Shown piece after piece: positions 19,509 to 28,503 of a DNA stretch of 64,000 nucleotides. The position numbers and the translations under genes are program-made. The stretch's first letter is position 1. The number at the start of each line of letters is the position of its first letter. Source of the DNA: Desulfosoma sp. Lineage in GTDB: Bacteria; Desulfobacterota; Syntrophobacteria; Syntrophobacterales; DSM-9756. The stretch lies in NCBI GenBank assembly GCA_037481835.1, contig JBBFKW010000009.1:1-64000 (forward strand). Reading direction: 5' to 3'. The notes beneath the pieces are model-generated. The model ran no database searches and was not told the DNA's origin. It worked only from the letters and a program-made list of their open reading frames with translations.

Positions 19509-20600
19509 TCACTGGATGGCTAATTCCACGGCCCCTCCCAGGGGCCCGTACAAGGCTTCCATTTCCGGGTAAACCGATCGCCCCACAAAGGCGGTGTAAA
19601 TCTCATCCGCTTTCCGGCGCAGGTCCACGTCGGCAAACCTTTCGGGGTAGAGCACCTTGCCGACGGCCACCGTATCCACAAGGGCGGACTCCACGTTGGT
19701 GGCATAGGCGTTGAAAGGAAAGAGCCTATAGATGCGCCGGTTTTGATAGGCTTTGAGCCGACTGTAAAAGTCGGGGTGTTTTCGGGCGTCCTCTTCCACG
19801 AGACCCAGCCCGCCGCCGTCGATGAAGATAACGTCCGGGTCGAGGCTCAGGAGCTGTTCCCGGTCCAAGAACAGGTGGCTGCCCAGGCGGCTCTTGACCG
19901 AAGCGGCGGCATGGGTGACGTGGTTCCACAGGAAGGGCGCATAATGGAGTTCGGTGCTTTCGATCCCGTAGGCGCCTTTGTAACCGATGCCGCCCACATG
20001 GGCCCTCGGCCTTTGGGATTCGGGAATGTCCGCGCTGCGCCGCCGGATGTCCTCCCGAAGGCCTTCCACGAAACGGCGCAGGAAATCCACGCGTTCTTCG
20101 CGTCCCAGGACCGTGCCGGCCACGCGCAAGGATTCGAGAATTTCTTCATCGAAGGAGGCGAACCGGCCGTAGCTCAGGACCACGACGGGAATTCCCGACA
20201 GGCGCTGCACCTCGTCAGCCAAGACCTTGTCCATGTAGGTGACGAAAAGCACATCGGGCTTGACGGCGAGAAGCGGCTCCAGATCCGGCTTGGCGTTGAT
20301 GCTCGTCGGGCCGCCGGGGCCGATAAGCGGAAGGTCGGCCAGGGACGGGTGCGCCATGCGATAGGGGCGGCCCGATGCTCCGGTTTTTTCGATGCCTTCC
20401 ACGCCTACCACCAAATCCTGCGCCTGCAGGTAGACGATCAGGCGAAGGCTTCCCGGCGCCATGCACACAATGCGGCGCGGAGGACTCGGAAAAGACACGG
20501 TCCGCCCCGCCATGTCCGTGACCGCAAAATCCGCCGCGGCGACGGCATGCCACAGGAAAATCAAAAGAGCCGCCCAAAAAGCTTTTTCCAAAATCTTCAT
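19509..20600 (-). CDS. Metal-chelate ABC transporter substrate-binding protein (FepB/BtuF-like)
   Basis: Signal peptide; VTDMAGRTV, PRRIV, EQLLSLDPDVI, LYPERF. Confidence 0.85.
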   Translation of the reverse strand: MKILEKAFWAALLIFLWHAVAAADFAVTDMAGRTVSFPSPPRRIVCMAPGSLRLIVYLQAQDLVVGVEGIEKTGASGRPYRMAHPSLADLPLIGPGGPTSINAKPDLEPLLAVKPDVLFVTYMDKVLADEVQRLSGIPVVVLSYGRFASFDEEILESLRVAGTVLGREERVDFLRRFVEGLREDIRRRSADIPESQRPRAHVGGIGYKGAYGIESTELHYAPFLWNHVTHAAASVKSRLGSHLFLDREQLLSLDPDVIFIDGGGLGLVEEDARKHPDFYSRLKAYQNRRIYRLFPFNAYATNVESALVDTVAVGKVLYPERFADVDLRRKADEIYTAFVGRSVYPEMEALYGPLGGAVELAIQ

Positions 20601-20672
20601 GGAGCATCCTTTCCCGGCCCGACGTCCTCTATATCTTTTGTGGTCGGCAGGCTCGGTCTTCGGCCCATTCCC

Positions 20673-21425
20673 TCAGCGCGGCACGACCACGAGGATCTCT
20701 CCGATGCGGCACAGATCCACCTCCACCCCGTAAATGCGCCGCACCGTCTCCGCCGTGACTTCATCGGGCGTTGCGGCGGTTTCAATGCGGCCGCCCCGCA
20801 AAAACAACAACCTATGGCAAAACCGCAAAGCCATGTTCAGGTCGTGGATGGCCGCCACTACCGCTAGGGATTCGCGCCGGCTGATGCGCTGCACCAAGCG
20901 CATGACATCCATCTGGTTTTTCAGATCCAGATGGTTTGTGGGCTCATCTAAAAGGAGCACCCTGGGTTTTTGCGCCAGGGCCTTCGCCAGAAGAACTTTT
21001 TGGGCTTCGCCGCCGCTCAGCGTGGAAAAGCGCCGGTGCGCCAAACCCCCAAGACCCATGGTTTCCAGAATGGTTTCTACAGCTGCGGTGTCCTCCCGGG
21101 TGGGTCCCCACCGCCGGTGGGGAAGCCTTCCCAAGAGGACGACCTCGAACACGGTGAGATCCGAATCCTTGCCCTTTTGCGGGACCGAGGCCACAGACCG
21201 GGCGATGCCTTTGGGGCCTAAGAGGCGAAGGTCCTCGCCGTCCAGGAGGACCGATCCCACGCGGGGTTTGAGAATGCCGTTGAGGCAGCGAAGGAGCGTG
21301 GATTTGCCGGCGCCGTTCATGCCGCAGATCGCCACCATCTCCCCTGCACCAACATCGAAACGGATCCCATGGAGGATGGGGTGGCTGTTGTATTGGAATT
21401 CGATGTCTAAGACGGAGAGAATCAT
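20673..21425 (-). CDS. Metal-chelate ABC transporter ATPase
   Basis: GMNGAGKST, LSGGE, LLDEPTNHLD, HDLN; ATGA overlap with the permease. Confidence 0.9.
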   Translation of the reverse strand: MILSVLDIEFQYNSHPILHGIRFDVGAGEMVAICGMNGAGKSTLLRCLNGILKPRVGSVLLDGEDLRLLGPKGIARSVASVPQKGKDSDLTVFEVVLLGRLPHRRWGPTREDTAAVETILETMGLGGLAHRRFSTLSGGEAQKVLLAKALAQKPRVLLLDEPTNHLDLKNQMDVMRLVQRISRRESLAVVAAIHDLNMALRFCHRLLFLRGGRIETAATPDEVTAETVRRIYGVEVDLCRIGEILVVVPR

Positions 21426-22435
21426 GCGCGTCTCTTTAACAAAAGGGTCAGAAACAGGGGGGCGCCGAGAAAGGAGGTCACCACCCCGACGGGAAACGAT
21501 CCCGTACCCAGCATCGTTCGGGACAAGGTGTCGGCAAGGAGCAGAAGGGCGGATCCCAGAACCGCCGTCATGGGCACAAGAAACCGATGGTCCGCCCCCA
21601 CGATCCGCCGTGCCGCGTGCGGGGCGATGAGGCCGACGAAGGCGATAACCCCGTGAAAGGCCGTGGCGAGAGCCGATACCAGGGCGGCAAGAATGAGCCC
21701 CTGCCAGCGCAGGGTTTCCACGGAAATGCCCAGGTTCTTGGCGGGTTCTTCCCCCATGTCCAAGGCGTTCAGGTGCCAGCGCCACAGAAACCCGACGGCC
21801 CAAAGACACATCACTGAAAGGCTCAGCCACCCGACCTGGGTCCAATTGGAGCGCCCCACATCGCCGAAACTCCAGGCCACGGCCCTGGCCAATCGCGTTT
21901 CGTCACTGAGCACCTGGAGCAGCACGGTGGCCGCCCCGAAGAGGGACGAAAAAGCGACGCCCGCAAGGATCACCGCTTCGGGCGTCAGCCCTCGAAGACG
22001 CCCCAGGACCACGATGAGGACAGTGGCGCCCAAGGAGCCGGCGAAAGCGGCAGTGGCGGTCCAGAAAGGACCGGCCTGGAACAGGATGATGACGCAGGAG
22101 GCGCCGAAGGCCGCCCCTTGGCTGATGCCCAACGTGGACGGCGACCCCAAGGGGTTGCGGAGAAGGGTCTGGATAAAAAGGCCCGCCAGAGCGAGGCCCG
22201 CACCGACGGAAAGGCTGGCGGCGATGCGTGGCAGTCGCACGTTCCAGACCACCACGGCCCGGGTGTCGTCCACGGTCCGCAGGAGGGACTGCACCACGTG
22301 GATGAGCTTTATGGGATAGGTTCCGAAACTCACCGCCACGATGGCCAAAAGAGCCGTGGCTCCGGCGAGAAGGAAAAGGAGTTTTTGTTTTCTCTTGGCC
22401 CTGCGCCAAAAGGTTTCCGCAAGTCCGTGGCTCAT
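21422..22435 (-). CDS. FecCD-family permease
   Basis: RLPR, LRNPL, FVGLIAPH, PVGVVTSFLGAP. Confidence 0.9.
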   Translation of the reverse strand: MSHGLAETFWRRAKRKQKLLFLLAGATALLAIVAVSFGTYPIKLIHVVQSLLRTVDDTRAVVVWNVRLPRIAASLSVGAGLALAGLFIQTLLRNPLGSPSTLGISQGAAFGASCVIILFQAGPFWTATAAFAGSLGATVLIVVLGRLRGLTPEAVILAGVAFSSLFGAATVLLQVLSDETRLARAVAWSFGDVGRSNWTQVGWLSLSVMCLWAVGFLWRWHLNALDMGEEPAKNLGISVETLRWQGLILAALVSALATAFHGVIAFVGLIAPHAARRIVGADHRFLVPMTAVLGSALLLLADTLSRTMLGTGSFPVGVVTSFLGAPLFLTLLLKRRA

Positions 22436-22708
22436 ACCGTGCCTTTCCCGAGTGCCCCCCTCAGGCCGCGGAATACCCGGATGGAGGCGTTTCGGCCCTG
22501 TCAGGGCCTTGGAGGCTCACTTTCGTTGATCACAACCTGGCAATGAAGCAGCCGATCCCCCCGGATGCCGGGACTGCACGCCCCCACAAAAAACCCAAGC
22601 CCCGGAAGGGCGAAACACCCCAACCCGCCACCGCCAAGGGGGGACATCACCCGAAACATCCCAGCCCGCAACCGCCACCTTGTAGGGCGGATCCCTGAGA
22701 CGGGCCGC

Positions 22709-22767
22709 AAAAAAAGGGCACACGAAGCCGCCGTCCTCTTCTGAGGCACTGGGCGGCCTTCGTGGCC
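22709..22767 (-). promoter_or_regulatory. Leader terminator/attenuator hairpin, copy 3
   Basis: GGCCACGAAGGCCGCC...GGCGGCTTCGTGTGCCC-T7 between cooT and the FecCD operon. Confidence 0.7.
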
Positions 22768-22819
22768 CCACTTTGGTCTTCGGCTCACCGCGCTCGGGGA
22801 CTTCGGTCCCCGGCGCTTG

Positions 22820-23011
22820 CTACTTTGCTTCGAAAAGGATCTTGTGATCCACCAGGTTCATTACCTTGATGCGCCCCTTGACCGTCTTTCGGTCCCCGAA
22901 AATTCCCACGAGGCGCCACGTATCGTCGCTTTCCGGCTCCACAATGTCCACGGATTCCATGATCAGCTCTTCCCGGCCGTCTCTCAACAAATAGGCATTA
23001 GCTTCACACAT
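22820..23011 (-). CDS. cooT: CooT-family nickel-binding protein
   Basis: 63 aa; MCEANAY start, IMESVD, IFG, HKI at C-terminus (Cys2 and C-terminal His typical of CooT). Confidence 0.85.
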   Translation of the reverse strand: MCEANAYLLRDGREELIMESVDIVEPESDDTWRLVGIFGDRKTVKGRIKVMNLVDHKILFEAK

Positions 23012-23432
23012 CGTGAATCACCTCCTTGATTTTCCCTTCCACGGCGGCTTGCACCAAGTGCGGCAGAGGTTCCTTGGTCACGCCGACAATTTCCACCTTT
23101 TCCTGGCTTAGGGGAATGAGAACCTTGATACCGGGACATGAGGCGACGGCTTCGGCGATCTTCGGCGTCACTTCTCCCAGCATACTGTGCGCCCACGTGA
23201 TGGCAATGGGCCCGACGATGCAGTCGGCCGTGGAAACGGTCCAGCAAATGGCGCTTTCTCCCGTCGCGCCGCGGTTGGCTCCGGCCTTGAGCATCTGCGA
23301 CGTGGCGATGGCGTTGGTCCCCAGGGCGATTACTTCCACCGTTTCGCCGAAAGCCCCCTTCAAGGCCTTGATGACGGCGGCACCGATCCCTCCGCCCTGT
23401 CCGTCAATGACACATATCCTTTTGGTCGACAT
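23004..23432 (-). CDS. DUF3842-family protein
   Basis: VIDGQGGGIG, ALGTNAIAT, KAGA, ATGE, GEVTP motifs. Confidence 0.8.
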   Translation of the reverse strand: MSTKRICVIDGQGGGIGAAVIKALKGAFGETVEVIALGTNAIATSQMLKAGANRGATGESAICWTVSTADCIVGPIAITWAHSMLGEVTPKIAEAVASCPGIKVLIPLSQEKVEIVGVTKEPLPHLVQAAVEGKIKEVIHDV

Positions 23433-23569
23433 CCCTTAAACTCGCTTTCCACAATGCACGGCGGGCATCGCCGCTCTTGCGATAGGCACCATGGATTTCT
23501 CCTCCCCCCTCTCTCCCGCCTCTCTCCCCGAACGGACGGGGGGAAATTTTCCGGGAAAGGGTCGGAGGA

Positions 23570-24433
23570 TCACGTCAACTCAAAGATCAGGCCGATTTCC
23601 ACGGCCAAGGGCTGGGTCAACACGTCCCGGGGAAACCCAGGAAAAGGGGCGGCATCCTGGACGGCCTTCACAGCCGCATCGTCCAAAAGCGATGAAGCAG
23701 AACTTTTGACCACCTGGAGCCCGGCCACCGTCCCGTCGGGATGGATCACAAAGCGCACCGTGACCCGACCTTCCACCTGGCGCCGTCTCGCCGCGTAAGG
23801 GTAATGCTTGAAGCGGTCGATCCGTTGGCGCACCTGGGCGAGAAAGAGCTTCACCGCATCATCCGTCCCGCCCACCGCCGGCGAAGCCGCCTTCCCCTGA
23901 GGAATCCCGAAAGACGCCTGGCGAGCCGGTCCGGCCTCTTCGGCCGAAGGATCCGTTTGTGCCATGGAAGGCGCCGGGGCCGCCTTGGGCGGTGCCGGCG
24001 TCGCCTTCGGTTTTTTCGGTTTCTTGGGAAGCTCGACCCGCTGCAAGGGTTTGGGCTGCGGAACCGGTTCGGGCCGTTTGGGCTCTTCCTTGGGCTGCGG
24101 CTTCACATCGGGCATGGGCAGTGGCGGCGCCGGCGCCACGGGCCGAATATCGTCCCCTTTCGGCGGCTCTTCCCGAACCTTTCCGGCCACGGGGGGAAGG
24201 AGGTCCAGTTCGATCACCTGGAGCGGTTTTCTCTCAAACCACCGCGGACTTCCCGCAAGAAGCACCCCGTGGAGAAGAACAGAAAGGAGCAAAAAAGACC
24301 AAAACAGCCGATCCGATCGGTTCCGAGAAAGCCCCTGTGTTCCGGAAGGCAGCGCAGCCGTCCGCGCCGCAGCCGGGCACGGAGACCTGTGGGCCGGTGC
24401 GGCTTTTGGGAAAACCGATGGCGCGCCCTTCAT
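23570..24433 (-). CDS. tonB: Energy transducer TonB
   Basis: TM with SVLLH, Pro/Lys-rich linker, YPYAARRRQVEGRV, SS..LLDDAA. Confidence 0.9.
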   Translation of the reverse strand: MKGAPSVFPKAAPAHRSPCPAAARTAALPSGTQGLSRNRSDRLFWSFLLLSVLLHGVLLAGSPRWFERKPLQVIELDLLPPVAGKVREEPPKGDDIRPVAPAPPLPMPDVKPQPKEEPKRPEPVPQPKPLQRVELPKKPKKPKATPAPPKAAPAPSMAQTDPSAEEAGPARQASFGIPQGKAASPAVGGTDDAVKLFLAQVRQRIDRFKHYPYAARRRQVEGRVTVRFVIHPDGTVAGLQVVKSSASSLLDDAAVKAVQDAAPFPGFPRDVLTQPLAVEIGLIFELT

Positions 24434-24840
24434 GGCGACGGCCTTTCCGTGGCCAGACGCAGCCGAGCTGCTCCGGCCGCTTTGATCGTGTCCATGACCT
24501 GCACGACGCGATCCAGCACAAGGGTCCTGTCGGCCTTGAGCACCACGGCCGTTTCCGGATCCGCTTCCAGCCGTTGTTTCACAATGTCCCGCAGTTCGTC
24601 CAGATTGAGAATTCTACCCCCCAAAAAGACGTCGCCTTCAGGGCTCACCGTGACCACGAGTTCCCGATCCTCCTGCGGAACCGCCGAAATCGCCTGGGGC
24701 AGCTGGACGCGGATTCCCTCTTCGGCCAGAAAGTTCGTTGTCAGAAGAAAATAGATCAGCAGCAAAAAAACGATATCGATCAGGGACGTGAGCGGCGCCT
24801 GAACGCCGTAACGCGGTCTTTTCCGACGATGAACCAGCAT
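24430..24840 (-). CDS. exbD: ExbD/TolR
   Basis: LTSLIDIVFLLLIYF, LKAD, VMD. Confidence 0.9.
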   Translation of the reverse strand: MLVHRRKRPRYGVQAPLTSLIDIVFLLLIYFLLTTNFLAEEGIRVQLPQAISAVPQEDRELVVTVSPEGDVFLGGRILNLDELRDIVKQRLEADPETAVVLKADRTLVLDRVVQVMDTIKAAGAARLRLATERPSP

Positions 24841-24846
24841 GCCCCG

Positions 24847-25461
24847 TTATCCTCCGCACGCCATGGACACGCTCTTGAAAAAGCGCACCACCCCGTCTTG
24901 AAGTCGGGCTTCGTAGCGATCCACCTGGCTTGTGAGGTAACTGTGGGCCACCATGACGGGCAAGGCCACACTCAAACCCAACGCAGTGGTCAGCATGGCT
25001 TCCCAGATCCCGCCGGCCAAAATAGAGGCATCCACCTTGCCGCCCAGTTCCTGGATGGCCATAAAGGCTTTGATCATGCCCATGACGGTGCCCAAGAGCC
25101 CGAGAAGCGGCGCGATATTGCCGATGGTGGCCAAGGCTTGCAAATACCGGGAAAGGTCTCGCACTTCTTCTTCAATGGCATGGACGAGGACCGTCTCCAG
25201 CGTTTCCCGGTCCGCCGAAGCCACTTCCAGCCCCTGGGCCAAAACCCGGCCCATGGGGGAACGGCTCTTCAGGGCCGCCTCCAGAGCCGCGTCCATTTTG
25301 CCTTCCCGAACCAGGGCCGATACCCGATCCGCAACATGGCGGCCGCGCCGCCGAAGCACGGCGAAGCGCACCGTGCGCTCCAAGAAGATGGCCAAGCCCA
25401 GCACAGAACACAACAAAATGGGGATGACCAAAACCCCGCCTTTGGCAAGAAACCCCACCAC
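24847..25461 (-). CDS. exbB: ExbB/MotA/TolQ proton channel
   Basis: APLLGLLGTVMGMI, GIWEAMLTTALGL; GTG start after GGAGG. Confidence 0.9.
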   Translation of the reverse strand: MVGFLAKGGVLVIPILLCSVLGLAIFLERTVRFAVLRRRGRHVADRVSALVREGKMDAALEAALKSRSPMGRVLAQGLEVASADRETLETVLVHAIEEEVRDLSRYLQALATIGNIAPLLGLLGTVMGMIKAFMAIQELGGKVDASILAGGIWEAMLTTALGLSVALPVMVAHSYLTSQVDRYEARLQDGVVRFFKSVSMACGG

Positions 25462-25540
25462 CTGGAACCCTCCATACACTGCCCGGTTCAGGCCTCTTCC
25501 CAGCCAGCCCGATCCCGCCACATTTTTTCATCACAAACAG

Positions 25541-25593
25541 AAAGGCCACGACCCATCGCTTCATTCAGCGAAAGCGACAGCCTTCGTGGCCTT
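25541..25593 (-). promoter_or_regulatory. Leader hairpin, copy 4
   Basis: AAGGCCACGAAGGC-TGTCGCTT...AAGCGATGG-GTCGTGGCC-TTTCTGTTT; TTGACA at 25676-25681 upstream. Confidence 0.7.
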
Positions 25594-25692
25594 TTTCTTC
25601 CCAAAAGTTCTTCTTTTCGCAGAGGCGCCTTCGCGGCGCCGTTGTCGAGCCTTCATTATCCAAGACGGCACGTGTTGTCAATCCATTCACGT

Positions 25693-26514
25693 TCATGGGC
25701 CGTTATTCGAGGTCCCTTTCTTCTGGAGATACCGCTTGGGCACCAGGGTCACTCGGGGAAAACGGCCCAAGGGGCTTTTGTCCACGAGCACCACGCATCC
25801 GTAGGTGTCTTCCAGGGTTTGAAACGTGAAGACGTCCTCCGGCGGGCCCTGGCATACGACTCGGCCGCGCTTGAGCAGGAGCACCCGGTCGCCGTACATG
25901 GCCGCGAGGTTGATGTCGTGGGACACCATGACCACGGTGAGGCCCCTTTCCCGGCGCAAATCTTCCAGCAGGTCCATGAGGCGGACCTGATGGGCGGGAT
26001 CCAAAGCCGCCGTCGGTTCGTCCAGGATGAGAAGGCGCGGCTCCCGGCATAACGCCTGAGCGAGATAGACCCGTTGCCGTTCCCCGCTGCTCAATGCCGT
26101 CACGGGGCGATCCTTCAGGTGGACCACATCGGTGCGGGCCATGGCCTCCATGGCCTTGCCCACGTCGTCCCGGCCTTCCATGTGAAGCAGCCCCAGGTGG
26201 GGGTGACGCCCCATGAGGACCACTTCCAGGGCTGTGAAAGGAAAATCCAAGTTCACGGTTTGAGGCAGGTAGGCCACGAGCCGGGCGCGTTCTAGGCGGC
26301 GGTAGGCTGAGACCGGCCGTCCCAAAAGGTCGGCCCGTCCCGACTGGGGCCGTTCTAAACCGCATAGGATTTTCAGCAACGTGCTTTTGCCCGATCCGTT
26401 GGGTCCGGCCACGACGAAAAACTCCCCTTCGCTGACGGACATGGACACACCGTCGAGAGCCCGAATGGGGCCGTAGGAAAAAACGACTTGTTCCACAGAG
26501 ACCATGGCCTTCAT
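25693..26514 (-). CDS. btuD: Cobalamin ABC transporter ATPase
   Basis: GPNGSGKST, LSSGE, LDEPT; last gene of the riboswitch-led operon. Confidence 0.8.
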   Translation of the reverse strand: MKAMVSVEQVVFSYGPIRALDGVSMSVSEGEFFVVAGPNGSGKSTLLKILCGLERPQSGRADLLGRPVSAYRRLERARLVAYLPQTVNLDFPFTALEVVLMGRHPHLGLLHMEGRDDVGKAMEAMARTDVVHLKDRPVTALSSGERQRVYLAQALCREPRLLILDEPTAALDPAHQVRLMDLLEDLRRERGLTVVMVSHDINLAAMYGDRVLLLKRGRVVCQGPPEDVFTFQTLEDTYGCVVLVDKSPLGRFPRVTLVPKRYLQKKGTSNNGP

Positions 26515-27551
26515 CGTGTCGACCGGCGCAAGAGCACGATGAACAAAGGCGCCCCGACCAAGGCGGTGATGACCCCGGCCGGCATTTCGCCATGCCTGGG
26601 AAGCCAACGGGCCAGGGCGTCGCAGCCGATGAGGTAGGCGCCGCCCCCGAAGAGGCACGCCGGCACCAGCACCCGATGGTCCGGCCCGAAAAGGAGGCGC
26701 AGCCCGTGGGGCACCGCCAGCCCCACGAACCCCAAAAGCCCTGTGGCGCAGACGGCGGCACTGACCATGACGCTCGTCACTCCCAAAAGGAACACGCGCA
26801 CCCACGTGACGGATACCCCCAAACTTTCGGCCGCATCCTTGCCCATGAGCATGACGTTCATGGGACGAGCCATGGCAAAGATGACGGCCGACCCGGCGCC
26901 GAGCACCGCTGCCAAGAGAGCCGCAGCAGCTTGGTCTGCGCGGGACAGGTCGCCCATGAGCCAGAAGAGCATGCTGTGGAGGCGCGCATCCTGGGTCGTG
27001 GAAATGAAAAAGAGGATCAGCGCGCCGCAGAAGGCATTGACCATGACCCCCGAAAGGAGCAAAGCGTCACGGCGAAATCCGCCACGTCCCGATGCGAGGA
27101 CGAGAACGGTCGCCAAAGACAGGACGCTCCCGGCAAACGCCGCCGTCCCCACACCGGGAAACCGCGACAAGCCCAAAAGGATCCCGGCGATGGCTCCGAC
27201 GGCCGCCCCGCCCGAAGTGCCAAGGATGTAAGGTTCGGCCAGAGGGTTGCGCAGCAGCGCCTGGAACACCAGGCCGCCCAGAGCCAGGACGGCACCCGTT
27301 TCCATGGCCACCAGGACCCTCGGCCATCGCAGTTCCCACAGGATGGTGGAAAGGGTCGGGTCGGGAAGTTCGCGATCCCAAAGGAATCGAAAAAGCGCCG
27401 AAAAATCCGTCCCTGAAGAACCCACGGCCAGGCCGAAGACCATGGCGACAGCCAGGCCGAGGGCCGACAAGGCGGTGACGGTGGCCAGACGCGCCGGGGA
27501 GACGGGTCGGGGTTCGGCCGTCGAGGTCGTGTCGCGTTCAAAAGCCGCCAT
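26511..27551 (-). CDS. btuC: Cobalamin ABC permease (FecCD family)
   Basis: LRWPR, LRNPLAEP, FVGLAVPH, PAGVITALVGAP. Confidence 0.8.
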   Translation of the reverse strand: MAAFERDTTSTAEPRPVSPARLATVTALSALGLAVAMVFGLAVGSSGTDFSALFRFLWDRELPDPTLSTILWELRWPRVLVAMETGAVLALGGLVFQALLRNPLAEPYILGTSGGAAVGAIAGILLGLSRFPGVGTAAFAGSVLSLATVLVLASGRGGFRRDALLLSGVMVNAFCGALILFFISTTQDARLHSMLFWLMGDLSRADQAAAALLAAVLGAGSAVIFAMARPMNVMLMGKDAAESLGVSVTWVRVFLLGVTSVMVSAAVCATGLLGFVGLAVPHGLRLLFGPDHRVLVPACLFGGGAYLIGCDALARWLPRHGEMPAGVITALVGAPLFIVLLRRSTR

Positions 27552-28458
27552 GAAACCGCTCCGGATGAAGGATCCGCGCCAAAAGTTCCAATCCGTCCGC
27601 AAGGCGCGGGCCCGGCCGGTCGAAAAGATCGGACGGCACAAGATGGATGCGCCCCGCCGCCACGGCGGGAATGCCCCGCCAGCGCATCCATTCGGTTCGC
27701 ACCGTTTCGAAGACCTGTTCCCGTTCCATGGATGAGACGACGATGACGTCCGGCCGAAGGGCCAGAACCTGTTCCACGCTGAAGCGCGGGTAGGGTTCGG
27801 GCCCCTCCGCCACGTTCACCCCGCCGGCCCGATGGATGAGTTCGTGGGCGAAGGTATCCGTCCCCACGGAGACGATGGGAGTCACCCCGATTTGGAAAAA
27901 CACCCGCGGCCGCCTTGCCACGCCTCGAAGCCGCCCATCCACCTCCTCCAGCCGCCGCTCCATGCGTGCTGTCACTTTTTGGGCCTCTTCCCGAGCCTGC
28001 AGGACCTCGCCAAGGGCGATGAGGGTTTCCATGACCTCTTTGAGATTCTTCGGATTCACGGCATAAACAGGAATACCCAGTTGTTCCAGTTTTTCCACCG
28101 CTTCCCGAGGGTTACCGTCTTTGACGGCAAGGCAGAGGTCGGGGGCGAGGGCGACGATCTTTTCCACATCGGGCTGCACATAGGAGCCCACCTTGGGAAG
28201 GTCCTGCACCTCAGGAGGAAAATTGCTGTACCGGCTGACCCCGATCACCCGGTGTCCCGCACCGAGGGCAAAAACCATCTCCGTAAGGCTCGGCGCCAGG
28301 GTGATCACCCTTCGAGGGTCCTCGGGAATGCGGACCGTCCGCCCCACGGGATCCGTCACCGTGCGGCTCTGGGCCGAAACGGCCGACGCCGGGAAAAAGA
28401 CCATCCACAGCACACAAAGGACGGCGGGCATGGGGCCACGGAAATGGGTGTTTTTCAT
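27538..28458 (-). CDS. btuF: Cobalamin-binding periplasmic protein
   Basis: RVITLAPSLTE, EKIVALAPDL, RPGPR. Confidence 0.85.
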   Translation of the reverse strand: MKNTHFRGPMPAVLCVLWMVFFPASAVSAQSRTVTDPVGRTVRIPEDPRRVITLAPSLTEMVFALGAGHRVIGVSRYSNFPPEVQDLPKVGSYVQPDVEKIVALAPDLCLAVKDGNPREAVEKLEQLGIPVYAVNPKNLKEVMETLIALGEVLQAREEAQKVTARMERRLEEVDGRLRGVARRPRVFFQIGVTPIVSVGTDTFAHELIHRAGGVNVAEGPEPYPRFSVEQVLALRPDVIVVSSMEREQVFETVRTEWMRWRGIPAVAAGRIHLVPSDLFDRPGPRLADGLELLARILHPERFHGGF

Positions 28459-28503
28459 GGTGTTTCAGGCTTCCAGCCCCCCTCACTCTACGGCCTTTTC
28501 ACG

